Origin: a virus
Reading direction: 5' to 3' (one strand)
Virus record (IMG/VR): IMGVR_UViG_3300020599_000003
Coordinates: 96,001 to 160,000 of that record
DNA: 64,000 bases
Notes under the pieces: generated by a model
Seen by the model: the letters and a program-made list of their open reading frames with translations, nothing else
What the model was told of the DNA's origin: nothing
Database searches by the model: none
Shown here: positions 28,739 to 38,033 of the stretch, piece by piece
Layout: each line of letters starts with the position of its first letter
Position numbering within the stretch: position 1 is the stretch's first letter
Position numbers and translations under genes: made by a program

Positions 28739-29725
28739 TCAGGCTGCCTTGAGGACAGACTCTCTCAAGCGTAGCAGGGATCCAACCTTATCTACTTCCA
28801 TGCCTGCTGCTATAAAATGCGCTTCGAGAAATTCAGGTATGGATATGCGGATGGCCTCGCCTTGAGCGTGGTCCACATTCATGATCGCCTTGAGGTCCTC
28901 CTTGGTGCGGAAGGAGTTCGTCTGGCGGGTAGTTAGGTGCGCCCAGTCTTCCTGAGTGACGTCAGCACCATCGCTGATGATCAGACGATACAGGATGTGC
29001 GGGCTGGCATCGGCGTTGTCGAGGTCTTCCTTCGACTTGACGATCAACGTGCGGAGCAAAACTGCTGGATCGTGACGTCGTAGTTGGACATTGTAGTCGC
29101 GAGGCGAGTTGAACCGCACGTGAGCGAAGGACTTGTCCTCGCTTTCTCCGTAGCGTGTCTGGTACAGAGTGCCTGGGAAGTACGTGTTGCGCACCCGCTG
29201 AGCCTTGTGGATGTGGCCGATGATGGCGACAGCCTTGGACTCGTCGTCGGACTTGACGGGACGCCCGTTATCGTTGACTGCTCCGGCGACATCGACGTGC
29301 GCAATGTTGAGCGCGTGAGGGTCGAAGCTACGATGCGGGAATGGTAGGAACTGCACCTTGCACCCGTCAATCAGCTTCTTCGTAGGCTTCGTGTAGACTG
29401 AGACGTTGGAGCGACGTGCCTGCATCAGCAACTGAAGGCTGTGACCTGCGGCAGGGTCGTCCCCATACATGTCGTGGTTCCCGAGGATGAAGTGGAAATG
29501 CAGCGAAGGGAACTCATCAAGCAGGCCCAGGAGGGCGATGTGCGACTCGTAGGACATGCGTGGCTTGCTGCATGTGTCACCGAGCATGAAGACGTGCTGG
29601 ATGCCGCGCTCGACTGCATAGTTGCACGGACCTCGTAGTTCATTGGTCACGAAGCTGGGACCATCCTCGACGAGGTTGAAGATGTTCCCATCGTAGTGGG
29701 CATCGCCTAATGCAATGGCTTCCAC
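28739..29725 (-). CDS. Mre11/SbcD/gp47-like metallophosphoesterase nuclease
   Basis: IALGDAH, FMLGDTC, ILGNHD, IAHVDV and IIGHIH motifs. True start is probably the GTG at 29725; the ORF-track extension to 29815 belongs to the upstream pseudogene. Confidence 0.85.
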   Translation of the reverse strand: MEAIALGDAHYDGNIFNLVEDGPSFVTNELRGPCNYAVERGIQHVFMLGDTCSKPRMSYESHIALLGLLDEFPSLHFHFILGNHDMYGDDPAAGHSLQLLMQARRSNVSVYTKPTKKLIDGCKVQFLPFPHRSFDPHALNIAHVDVAGAVNDNGRPVKSDDESKAVAIIGHIHKAQRVRNTYFPGTLYQTRYGESEDKSFAHVRFNSPRDYNVQLRRHDPAVLLRTLIVKSKEDLDNADASPHILYRLIISDGADVTQEDWAHLTTRQTNSFRTKEDLKAIMNVDHAQGEAIRISIPEFLEAHFIAAGMEVDKVGSLLRLRESVLKAA

Positions 29726-29748
29726 GTTGCTACCTGTTAGATGAGGCG

Positions 29749-29993
29749 CTACCAAAGAGTACAGCGCCGGGTTGGGGTTGGGGAAGAGGACCACGCTGAT
29801 GATCGGGAAGTCCATCTCTTCGTTCGACTAGAGCTTCTCACCGTCGACTAGGACGGAACCTTGATCCAACCAGCGTTGGAGCTCACTGCGGCTGGCGGGG
29901 CTTGACCTCGCGCTTCTCCGCCTTGGTGTCCACTTCGATAGTGATGAAGTTGCAGACCTTGTGGAGGTCTGCCAGCCAGTCACGCGCTTTCAT
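29749..29993 (-). pseudogene. Disrupted S4-like small protein
   Basis: Removing two extra C bases gives MKARDWLADLHKVCNFITIEVDTKAEKREVKPASRSELQRWLDQGSVLVDGEKL*SNEEMDFPIISVVLFPNPNRRCTLW, with an internal TAG at 29828-29830. Confidence 0.55.
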
Positions 29994-30189
29994 GCTCACG
30001 CTCCGGTAGTGATTGTGGCTTGCCGAACACTTGCTCCATCTCGGCGGATGATCTTATGATGCGAGGGCTACGTGGTAGCGTACTCACGTCGGCCTCTCGG
30101 GCCACCACATATGATGGAACATATTTACGCCGCTTGATGCGGCGAGCAATGAGCGAGATGAACTCAGCTATCAGGCGAAAGAGGTCCAT
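29980..30189 (-). CDS. Hypothetical protein
   Basis: 69 aa; strong TAAGGAGG RBS. Confidence 0.65.
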   Translation of the reverse strand: MDLFRLIAEFISLIARRIKRRKYVPSYVVAREADVSTLPRSPRIIRSSAEMEQVFGKPQSLPEREHESA

Positions 30190-30200
30190 TCTTGGCCTCC

Positions 30201-30472
30201 TTAGTTTGAGGGACTATCACAGATGACGATGTCGCAAACATCCCGACGCAGATCACGGCCGTAGTACTCGCCAGCGAGGAGCTCGCGTTCGTCGAAGATG
30301 CTGGCACGGTGCCAGAGCCCCCATCCACCACATCGGGTGCAGATGACCGTACCGTGGCCGAAGGTGGACTTGCGCGGAATGTCTGCAAGGTCGCGCAGAT
30401 GGCGACGCAGGGGCTGTCGGGGCGTTCCATTAGCGGCGACGCTGAGTCCGCCACCATTCGCAGGTCTTCCAT
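30201..30472 (-). pseudogene. Probably frameshifted small CxxC protein
   Basis: ATG frame (MEDLRMV...) lacks one C at the CCCC run (30419-30422) to join ...IPRKSTFGHGTVICTRCGGWGLWHR..., whose TAA at 30201 abuts the next RBS. Confidence 0.4.
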
Positions 30473-30473
30473 G

Positions 30474-31280
30474 CTAGGCTCGTTTCTTTTCGTTGAAGTA
30501 TTCTTCGGATGCGGTGATCCAATCGCGCACGAACTTGGACCGCACGATATCCTCTTTCTGGAAGTCCACGTACGTCATGCCGCCGATGCGTTGCATGATG
30601 TTAATGAAGTCTTGCAGGCCCGAGGTCTCCTTGCTGCGCGTGGAGAGGTCACACTGGCGGGTGTCACCGGATACGATGATGCGTGAGTTCTTACCTACCC
30701 GGGTCATGACCGAGTTGATCTCGTGGAACGTCATGTTCTGGGCTTCGTCCACCACGATGATGGCATTGTTCCAGGTGACGCCACGCAGGAAGGATGTGGA
30801 CTTGAATACTACCTTCTTGGCCTCCTTCATGTCACTGTAGGTAGCCTCGCGACCGAAGATAGCAGCCATCGCTTCCTGATAGGGTTGCTCGTACTCGGCC
30901 AGCTTCTCGTCGACAGTGCCCGGGGTGAAACCGAGCTCACGCCCCTGGACGGCACTGCGCACAATGACGATGTGGTCCTGCTCGGCCTCCTTATCGAAGA
31001 CGGACTGGCACGCAAAGTACGAGCTGAGGAAAGTCTTGCCCGTACCAGCATGACCAGTCAGGGTGAGCGACTGGCCGGAAGCCCATGCATCCCGGGCCGC
31101 GTGCTGACGATCATTGGCGGGGCGCAGCGCACACATGTCGAGCAGCGTCCAGCGCTTCCGCTTGTCGGGTCCACGCTGACGAGCAGTTTGATCCTCAACC
31201 ACCGCTTCGAGTTCATCGTTGAGGAGCGCGGCACGTTTGCGAGCTCGTTTGGCTACTGCTGCGGACTGAGACTTTGCCAT
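30474..31280 (-). CDS. phoH: PhoH family ATPase
   Basis: GHAGTGKT, GFTPGTVDEK, SFLRGVTW, IVDEAQN, RVGKNSRIIVSGDTRQCD and DIVRS motifs. Confidence 0.95.
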   Translation of the reverse strand: MAKSQSAAVAKRARKRAALLNDELEAVVEDQTARQRGPDKRKRWTLLDMCALRPANDRQHAARDAWASGQSLTLTGHAGTGKTFLSSYFACQSVFDKEAEQDHIVIVRSAVQGRELGFTPGTVDEKLAEYEQPYQEAMAAIFGREATYSDMKEAKKVVFKSTSFLRGVTWNNAIIVVDEAQNMTFHEINSVMTRVGKNSRIIVSGDTRQCDLSTRSKETSGLQDFINIMQRIGGMTYVDFQKEDIVRSKFVRDWITASEEYFNEKKRA

Positions 31281-31338
31281 TGGATGCTTCCGTTAGAGGT
31301 TTGCAGGAGGGGCGATGGCGAAGGATCGAAAGTCCGTG

Positions 31339-31611
31339 TTACCTTCGCGGTTGGTGTGGAACTCCCCATAGATCACCTCTGCCCTCCGGACATTCAGGAG
31401 CCTTGAAGCCAAGAGGTTCTTTCTCGCCGCGCTGACCAGGACCCCAATCCAGGGCATCATACTTGCCGGTCAGGACGCCCCACGCAGCCTTCAAGCGCCA
31501 GATGAAGGGTCCACCTCCCGGGCGGCAGGGCACGTAGGTCTTGGCAGAGGGATTGCCGAGGTCTGTGGAAATTTCCCAGTCTTGGATTTCTTTGACGGTG
31601 AACTTGGGCAT
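31339..31611 (-). CDS. Hypothetical phage protein
   Basis: 90 aa coupled to the terminase stop (TAATG); WRLKAAWGVLTGKYDALDW. Confidence 0.65.
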   Translation of the reverse strand: MPKFTVKEIQDWEISTDLGNPSAKTYVPCRPGGGPFIWRLKAAWGVLTGKYDALDWGPGQRGEKEPLGFKAPECPEGRGDLWGVPHQPRR

Positions 31612-33752
31612 TACGCTCTCCTGAAGCGTGATAGAGGACTGCCAAAGCCTGACCGCCCGACGAAGATGCCGACGGGGTGGCCTGAGGAAGCGTCATTCGC
31701 ATACACACACGCAGCCTTCTTCACGATGTCATACGTTGTGCGGAAAGTCACGGCCCATACACCTAGGACCACGGCGCGGAACACGTCGTCCGTGTAGTCC
31801 ACAGCTTTCTCAGGACACGCACCTCCACCACCTTGCTGCACGGTGAGGAACTGATGGAGCAGATGATGGACAGGCTTGTTGAGGAAGTACGTGCGGTAGT
31901 CGTCAATGTCCGCCTTCTTGATCTCGGTCGCTTCCTCAATGGAGAGCTCCGGCAAGATCAGGTTGGCATTCCATAACGTCTGCAGGAAGTTGTCGAAGTC
32001 CGATCGCTTGAGCGTCTGCTGGCGCACCTGCATGCCCGGGATGTCGTCTCTGATACGCGAGAGTAGGTCCAGCGAGTTCCAACGGTCGGCCACCAGGAGC
32101 TGCCCGTTCATCGACTTGGTGAACGGGAGCAGCACGTTCTTGTAGACGCGGTTGAAGTTAATGGTCTTGCCACCACGCGGGATGAGCTCGAGGACGGCAG
32201 GCACGGTGACCTTGTACTCGTTGTCCGGATCCAAACCTACAGCAGCAATGCCGAAGCTGTTGTTGCTGTAGCCCGCGTCTATTGAAATGGCCGTGGGAAA
32301 CTTACATTTACCCGGTACAGCGTTCTTGAGGGTTCCCCAGATCTCCTCTTCGCTGGCTTCATACTCCAGCTTGATGGCGTTCTTGGCACCACGGAACGGG
32401 TAGCGGTCCTTCGTGTAGTGAGTGTGAGGGATGAAGGTGTTGGTGGTCAGCGGAGGTTGGGCACCGAAGTCCCGCATCGCCCCAATAGGGTCGGCCAGGA
32501 ACTTACTCTTGATGAACTCAGAGTCGCGAGGAAGCGTGGGGTTGATTTCCCACGTTGCCATGTGCGAGCCTAGGTAGATCTTCTTACCTTCCTCGGTTTG
32601 CGTCAGACGATACCGACGCATCACCATGTCTTTGACGTGCTTGGGGGACGACAGGCCGAACAAGACAGGCATCGGCACGTAACTGTGACCGCGCATGATC
32701 AGCTCACGTGCTGCGGCGTTGACCGTACCGAGGCTGGACTCCAGCGAGTTGATCGCTTCCTTGGCGTTGGCGCGCTCGGAGGTCTCATCAGCATCGTCCT
32801 TGATGACATCGCTCGGCATGGCGAACAGGCCAAGTTCGTCGATTGCCGCAAAGATACGAGTGTCACCACGGAGGATGGAAGCGTTCGGGTGGCTGGGATA
32901 GATCCAGAGGTTCTTGCCGCCAGCCCATACCTTGATGAAGAGGTCCTTCTTTCGATACAGCTCAGCACCGTACTGCTTACCATAGTGATCCAGGAGCTTG
33001 AAGTACTCCGCGAACCACGGAGTCATCGTCACGTAGCTCATGAATGGGGACCACAGAAGCGACACTGCCTTGTTGAAGGTCAGCGACACCATAGTCCCGG
33101 TGAGCGGCGTGAAGGGCTGGATGCGGTGCGGGGCAAGCGTTGCCATCGGAGGCATCTTCAGGTGGCGATGGAAGATGTACGCCATAGCTGAGGAGCCGGT
33201 GAGGGACTTACCAGCCCGCTGGCCCCACATGAGGTCGAGCTCCTGATAGAGATACATCAGGCCACTCTTGACGAAGTCTGCCTTGGTGCGCTTACACTTG
33301 GGGCACTTCCCATATTCCAGGAGCGTGATGTGACCCTTGAGGTCCGCCGTGCCGTAGTCCACAGGCACACCAAGAGGGTCTAACCACTTGTGGTCCTTGG
33401 TGCAGACCGGGCAGTAGTCCCCGAACAGGCGTAGATACGTCAGCATCTGGCGAGCCCACGGAGGGTTCGCCTTACAGTAGTTTGTCGAGAAGTCGAAGTA
33501 GTTCTTCGCCAGCGGCAGGTCCCGATCATCGATCTTCAGGTCGCGCATCGCACCCGTCGCGGGGTCGATGGCTTCGTTCATCAGCTGGTGGATGTCGAAG
33601 TCCCCCGGCAAATTAGCCGCAGCCGCGAGAGCGGGATGGTCTGGTTTGACGAGATCTAGGAGCTCGGGGTCGGTATCAGCGGTCTGACTTGCCGTTCCGA
33701 ATAGTTCCGGGAACAGGAGGCTGATTTCGCGGGATAGCGTGTCCTTGTCCAT
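31611..33752 (-). CDS. terL: Terminase large subunit
   Basis: Walker A WGQRAGKS, Walker B FAAIDELG, coupling LSSP, nuclease ISIDAGYSNNSF and C-terminal TDDVFRA. Confidence 0.9.
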   Translation of the reverse strand: MDKDTLSREISLLFPELFGTASQTADTDPELLDLVKPDHPALAAAANLPGDFDIHQLMNEAIDPATGAMRDLKIDDRDLPLAKNYFDFSTNYCKANPPWARQMLTYLRLFGDYCPVCTKDHKWLDPLGVPVDYGTADLKGHITLLEYGKCPKCKRTKADFVKSGLMYLYQELDLMWGQRAGKSLTGSSAMAYIFHRHLKMPPMATLAPHRIQPFTPLTGTMVSLTFNKAVSLLWSPFMSYVTMTPWFAEYFKLLDHYGKQYGAELYRKKDLFIKVWAGGKNLWIYPSHPNASILRGDTRIFAAIDELGLFAMPSDVIKDDADETSERANAKEAINSLESSLGTVNAAARELIMRGHSYVPMPVLFGLSSPKHVKDMVMRRYRLTQTEEGKKIYLGSHMATWEINPTLPRDSEFIKSKFLADPIGAMRDFGAQPPLTTNTFIPHTHYTKDRYPFRGAKNAIKLEYEASEEEIWGTLKNAVPGKCKFPTAISIDAGYSNNSFGIAAVGLDPDNEYKVTVPAVLELIPRGGKTINFNRVYKNVLLPFTKSMNGQLLVADRWNSLDLLSRIRDDIPGMQVRQQTLKRSDFDNFLQTLWNANLILPELSIEEATEIKKADIDDYRTYFLNKPVHHLLHQFLTVQQGGGGACPEKAVDYTDDVFRAVVLGVWAVTFRTTYDIVKKAACVYANDASSGHPVGIFVGRSGFGSPLSRFRRA

Positions 33753-34344
33753 TGAGGAATACCACTTCCTTCGGCTGAACCGGAGTCTCTACCGTGAGGG
33801 CCTCGGGGTCAACCTTGAAAAACGAACCGATGAACTTCGCCATGCGGGCCTGCACGGCGCGGCGCACTAACTTGTCGAAGTGAACGTAGGGCGCACCGTC
33901 GACAGTGATGCCTAGCATCTTCTGGATGACGTCCTGTGCTTGGGCTGCGCCGGTGCTGGAGGCCAGGAGTAGTGGGTTGATCTCGTTGAGGAAGAACTCC
34001 CGCACCTTGTCGATGTTCTTGGTGACATAGTCAGGGAACTCGTCCTTATATGCATCTACCCGCCGCTGGATCACATCTTCGATAGTCTGCGATGCCCTGC
34101 GTCGTGAATTGGCGGTTGCGGCCTTGAGACGAGTCACTTCCTCTTTGGTCGATTCGGGGAGCCGATAGAAGAATCGGCTGCGGAACTTGCGAGGCGCATC
34201 GACAGCCGGTGCGGGAGTAGCGACTGGCCGCACCGGCTCAGCCATTGCACGCATGAAGTCGGCGGTGACAGCCTTACTATCCTCCGTCGACATCCCTGCG
34301 GTCAGGCTCTTCGATCGCCCCCGTGAGAGGGCGATTGTTGCCAT
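33676..34344 (-). CDS. Hypothetical protein upstream of terL (small terminase candidate)
   Basis: Helical ~222-aa ORF overlapping the terL start by 77 bp; the TerS role rests on position only. Confidence 0.45.
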   Translation of the reverse strand: MATIALSRGRSKSLTAGMSTEDSKAVTADFMRAMAEPVRPVATPAPAVDAPRKFRSRFFYRLPESTKEEVTRLKAATANSRRRASQTIEDVIQRRVDAYKDEFPDYVTKNIDKVREFFLNEINPLLLASSTGAAQAQDVIQKMLGITVDGAPYVHFDKLVRRAVQARMAKFIGSFFKVDPEALTVETPVQPKEVVFLNGQGHAIPRNQPPVPGTIRNGKSDR

Positions 34345-34346
34345 AC

Positions 34347-34595
34347 TCAACCTTCTTCGTTGTTGTCCATAGGCTCGTCGTCTTCGTAGTCCTCGTCGTC
34401 TTCGTAGTCTTCGTAGTCCTCGTCGTCTTCGACGTCGCGGCCATCATCGAAGATGGTGACCCCCCAACCGGCAGGTAGGACTAGAGTACCATCGTTAATG
34501 TCCAGGGCATCCTGGATTTCGTCGAGCAGTCGGTCCTGGTCATCTTCAGACAGTTCCTCAGCACCGACGTGTCGGGTCAGAAAGATAACGGGCAT
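34347..34595 (-). CDS. Small highly acidic protein
   Basis: 82 aa with an EDDEDYEDYEDDEDYEDDE repeat. Confidence 0.6.
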   Translation of the reverse strand: MPVIFLTRHVGAEELSEDDQDRLLDEIQDALDINDGTLVLPAGWGVTIFDDGRDVEDDEDYEDYEDDEDYEDDEPMDNNEEG

Positions 34596-34598
34596 TGT

Positions 34599-36083
34599 TT
34601 ACTCCTCTTCGTTGTGAAGTTCGGCGGTTTGGTCTTTCGGCAACTGCTTGGTACTGGCGCTTTCCAAGGCAGTGTAGAGCTCGTCACCGCGACCCGACAG
34701 GACTTGCTTCTTGCACCATTGGCGAATGGGGAAGGGCTTCCCGAGACCGTGCTTCTGGCAGATCTCAGCCGCGCAGGAGCGTGGGTCGAGAATCCAGCGC
34801 TTCAGCTCAGCCCACGTAATGGTCTTGGTGGACTTGCCGTGCTTGTCCAAATTCAGAACCATTCGATTGCGGGCATCGCGTCCACCTGCGATCAACTGTC
34901 CGGTGAGATACAGGTAGTAGATCGTATCGAATACCGGGTCGATACCCTTCGCCTTGCCGTCGCGGGAATCGTGCAGCCAGATGCGCTGCCAGATTTCACG
35001 ACCGGCAGGGGCTAGTAGCTTGTTCTTGTGAGTCTTGACGGACACATAGGAGTAGGCGTCCACGCCACCGTTCAACCCAGGTTCAACCTCGCATCCAGGC
35101 TTCTTCTTGGATGGAGTGGGCCATAGAGGGGCGGAGTTGATGGAGCGCTTGGTATGGCGGGTGCGGACGTCGCTCATGTACTTCAGGGCATTGCCACCCT
35201 TCTCGTCTTCCTTTGGGCCATACATCGCCATCGGGATTGCCGAGAGTTGATTGGTGCCCAGGACCGCAACCTTCTTCGCGGCCAGCATACCCTTGAAGCG
35301 CTTCAGACCAGCACTGAACATGCGGGCTTGCGAGGCCAGCGAATTATCGCCTTCGTCTTCATCCTTGGCGTCCGGATTGAGGCCAGCCCATGAGTCGATG
35401 AACACGATGCCTTGCAGTTTGCCGTTGGGGGCCGGGATGTAGATGCCGTCGTTGTTCTTGACAGACTTGTCGTGGTATTGAGCAAGATGGAGGTTGGCCT
35501 TCACCTTCTCGTACTTGAGATACCACTTGTCCCCGATCTTCAGCTTGTCCGGCAAGCGCAGTAGAGTCGCTGTGAGCCAGTTGAAGAATATCTTGCCACG
35601 AGTGACGGTCCGGTAGTAGACGCGACCTGCGTGCACGACCCGACCTTCGCTGTCCTTCTTGCCGAAGAGTTGCTCACGAGTCATCTTGACACCAACCCCG
35701 TTCAAGATGCTGGTGATGTACGGAACCGAGTTCTTACTCGAACCCTCGGAGTCGAAGAACGCGATGATGGGGATTTCCGCGGCGATGGCCTCGCCCATCG
35801 TGTGGAACATGTTGGTCGTCTTCGCTGTCTGCTCGAATCCAGAATTAATGTTCAGCGACGGCAAAATGCCGCCACCCAAGGCCAAGTCCATGCAGAGGGA
35901 GCCGTGCGACAAGAGCTCGGTGTCCTCCATAACGTCAGCCGAGCCAACCAGCTTCTCGACTTCGCCCAGGATGCCGCCATACAGGTTCGGTACGCTCGAA
36001 GTGGCCTGCGAGGCTGCTTTCTTAACTGCTGCCTTCTTCACGGCCTTCTTGACCGCTTTCTTCACTGCCTTCTTGACAGCCAT
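34599..36083 (-). CDS. recA: RecA/UvsX-like recombinase
   Basis: DLALGGG, Walker-A-like SGFEQTAKTT, FFDSEGS, VFIDSWAGL, ARMFSAGL, TNQL, GGNALKY; basic KKAVKK N-terminal repeats. Confidence 0.85.
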   Translation of the reverse strand: MAVKKAVKKAVKKAVKKAAVKKAASQATSSVPNLYGGILGEVEKLVGSADVMEDTELLSHGSLCMDLALGGGILPSLNINSGFEQTAKTTNMFHTMGEAIAAEIPIIAFFDSEGSSKNSVPYITSILNGVGVKMTREQLFGKKDSEGRVVHAGRVYYRTVTRGKIFFNWLTATLLRLPDKLKIGDKWYLKYEKVKANLHLAQYHDKSVKNNDGIYIPAPNGKLQGIVFIDSWAGLNPDAKDEDEGDNSLASQARMFSAGLKRFKGMLAAKKVAVLGTNQLSAIPMAMYGPKEDEKGGNALKYMSDVRTRHTKRSINSAPLWPTPSKKKPGCEVEPGLNGGVDAYSYVSVKTHKNKLLAPAGREIWQRIWLHDSRDGKAKGIDPVFDTIYYLYLTGQLIAGGRDARNRMVLNLDKHGKSTKTITWAELKRWILDPRSCAAEICQKHGLGKPFPIRQWCKKQVLSGRGDELYTALESASTKQLPKDQTAELHNEEE

Positions 36084-36101
36084 GTGTGAAATTCCTATGT
36101 G

Positions 36102-36146
36102 AAAACGAAAACGGCCCGGTACACTGGTTTAGCATACCGGGCCGTG
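36102..36146 (-). terminator. Intrinsic terminator
   Basis: ACGGCCCGGT/ACCGGGCCGT stem followed by TTTTCGTTTTC on the minus strand. Confidence 0.75.
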
Positions 36147-36148
36147 TC

Positions 36149-36154
36149 ATTTAC
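36149..36154 (-). promoter_or_regulatory. GTAAAT motif (possible second promoter class)
   Basis: Intergenic CATTTACTG on +; similar sites precede several replication-region genes. Confidence 0.35.
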
Positions 36155-36166
36155 TGCCGGGAGGGA

Positions 36167-37627
36167 TTAACCCCAATCGTCTTCGGAGGGGCGGCGCAGA
36201 GCCTTCTTGGCCGCCTTCTTCACCGGACGTTGCTGCTGTTGAGGAGGACGAGCAGCCTTCTTGACCGGACGCTGCTGTTGCTGCGGGCGCGTAGCCTTCT
36301 TCACCGGGCGGCGTTGCGGGGCCGGTTCTTCCCAACCTTCGTCGCCACCTTCGGAACCGTCTTCCCACGGGGCGTCATCTTCACCGCCGGAGCCGTCATC
36401 CCAGCCCTCGTCACCACCTTCGGTGCCATCACCTTGGTCATCGGACCAGTCCTCGGTGCCGTCGCCGGATTCATCCCAGCCACCTTCGTCTCCACCCGAC
36501 TCGTCCCAGCCACCTTCATCGCCGGAACCATCGTCGTAGCCACCGTCGCCGGATTCATCCCAGCCTTCGTCGCCACCTTCACTGGAGCCGTCATCCCAGC
36601 TTTCTTCCTGCGGTGCCGGGCGCGCAGCCTTCTTGGCCGGACGACGCTGCTGCGGAGCGGGTTCATCCCAGCCACCTTCATCGCCACTGCCGTACTCGTC
36701 CCAACCTTCGCCGCCATCGTCACCACCTTCGTCCCAGCTCTCTTCCTGCGGAGCCGGGCGGGCAGCCTTCTTGACGGCTGCCTTCTTGACGGGGCGACGG
36801 CCACGGCCCGGATTCTGGTCGTCATCGAAGCCGTCGTCACCGCCGCCAGCGTCGGCGAGGCCCATCTTTTCGGCCCAGCGGTCGTAGCTCTCGCGGATAC
36901 GGTCCTCAGGTTCCGGGCGCTCCAGGTCGGACAGGTCCCAGGTCAGATACTTCAGCTGACGCTCGCTCAGCGGCATCCGCTCACCGGGCAGGATCTGATA
37001 CTGGCTTGCCGCAGGCTTTTTCGGCGAGTGCTTGATGCGGATCGTCATACCGAACTTCGGATGCGCGATCGACATGGCCTTGGTTTCGCCAGTGTTCTTG
37101 TTGGTGACGATGTTGGTCTGGGCGATACCCTGGATCTGCTCCAGCATCGTGGAGGACAGACGCAGCACCTTGACCGGGGTCCAGGAGTCAGAGTCCTTTT
37201 CCTTGAAACCCGTTGCCAGTTCCTGCTCGGTCGGGCGCGGGATCCGCTCGGGGCGGCGTGCTTCTTCGTGCAGGATGATGGCGTTGCAGTAGCCATACTT
37301 CTGGATCTGGATCAGGCGAGCATCACGCTCGACGCCCTTCTCACCCTTACTGATCTCGAAGAACGGATCGAACACAGTGGTGTCGAACGACTGGCTTTCG
37401 GGGTCGTAGGACGGCGACGGCATGTAGAATTTGGTCGGGGAGCCGTCCTTCTTTTTGGTGGCAACCCAATAGCCCGCGTACATGAAGACGGGGCTGATGA
37501 TCCGCACTGTGACGAACTTATCGGGCGGGAACTTGAACAGGTCGACCTGCTCTCGGATCGACGGGGATTTGTCGCCACCAGTGTTGGTGCGGACTTCACT
37601 GAAGTCGTGACCACGACGCTTGCTCAT
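36167..37627 (-). CDS. Single-stranded DNA-binding protein (gp32-like) with a long repetitive tail
   Basis: Start MSKRRGH at 37627; aromatic-rich N-terminal core, then ~230 aa of acidic GWDE repeats and PVKKAARP repeats; adjacent to recA. Confidence 0.65.
   Translation of the reverse strand: MSKRRGHDFSEVRTNTGGDKSPSIREQVDLFKFPPDKFVTVRIISPVFMYAGYWVATKKKDGSPTKFYMPSPSYDPESQSFDTTVFDPFFEISKGEKGVERDARLIQIQKYGYCNAIILHEEARRPERIPRPTEQELATGFKEKDSDSWTPVKVLRLSSTMLEQIQGIAQTNIVTNKNTGETKAMSIAHPKFGMTIRIKHSPKKPAASQYQILPGERMPLSERQLKYLTWDLSDLERPEPEDRIRESYDRWAEKMGLADAGGGDDGFDDDQNPGRGRRPVKKAAVKKAARPAPQEESWDEGGDDGGEGWDEYGSGDEGGWDEPAPQQRRPAKKAARPAPQEESWDDGSSEGGDEGWDESGDGGYDDGSGDEGGWDESGGDEGGWDESGDGTEDWSDDQGDGTEGGDEGWDDGSGGEDDAPWEDGSEGGDEGWEEPAPQRRPVKKATRPQQQQRPVKKAARPPQQQQRPVKKAAKKALRRPSEDDWG
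36170..36860 (-). repeat. Coding tandem repeats in the SSB-like tail
   Basis: Repeated DEGWDE/GGWDE units, two KKAARPAPQEESWD units and several RPVKKAARP units. Confidence 0.85.
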
Positions 37628-37709
37628 AGAGGTACTCCGGTATGGTAAGGGGGTTGGTTGCGTTCTTACGGGTCGTCTCCCTAGGGTGACTATCCTGCGC
37701 ATTGGTTAT

Positions 37710-38033
37710 TTACTGCGTCTTGGCCGGTACGTGAGCGTCCAGCCATGCAGTAAGCTGGTTGAAGACCAGCGCCCCCACTTTGACCGAATCGGTCTTGCCA
37801 TCGCGTAGGAGCACGAGGGTGGGGAGGCCGCGGACGTTGAACCGCTGGAGGAGCTCCGGGGCGGTGTCAACGTTCACCTTGACGATGCGGAGGTTGTCGC
37901 CGTAATGCTCTTCAGCCCGTTCCAGGACCGGAGTGAGCATACGGCAGGGGCCGCACCAATCGGCGAAGAAGTCCACCAGGACCAGAGGGGCTTTGGTGTC
38001 TTCTTCGAAGGTTTCTTGAGTGGAGAGGATCAT
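37710..38033 (-). CDS. trxA: Thioredoxin
   Basis: VLVDFFADWCGPCRML, VKVNVD, FNVRGLPTL. Confidence 0.97.
   Translation of the reverse strand: MILSTQETFEEDTKAPLVLVDFFADWCGPCRMLTPVLERAEEHYGDNLRIVKVNVDTAPELLQRFNVRGLPTLVLLRDGKTDSVKVGALVFNQLTAWLDAHVPAKTQ

Noticed and set aside
28480-29830. Stop-codon reassignment (in-frame TAA at 28480, TAG at 29828)
   Set aside because: TAA, TAG and TGA all end core genes with tightly coupled downstream starts; these two stops are isolated lesions in accessory genes.
34599-36083. RecA Walker A variant (GFEQTAKT) as evidence of an inactive enzyme
   Set aside because: The catalytic Lys-Thr and the other motifs are retained; a single Gly-to-Ala change is not enough to claim inactivity.
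36170-36860. Repeat array as a possible CRISPR or non-coding repeat
   Set aside because: Units are degenerate, in frame and lack unique spacers; they encode the SSB-like tail.
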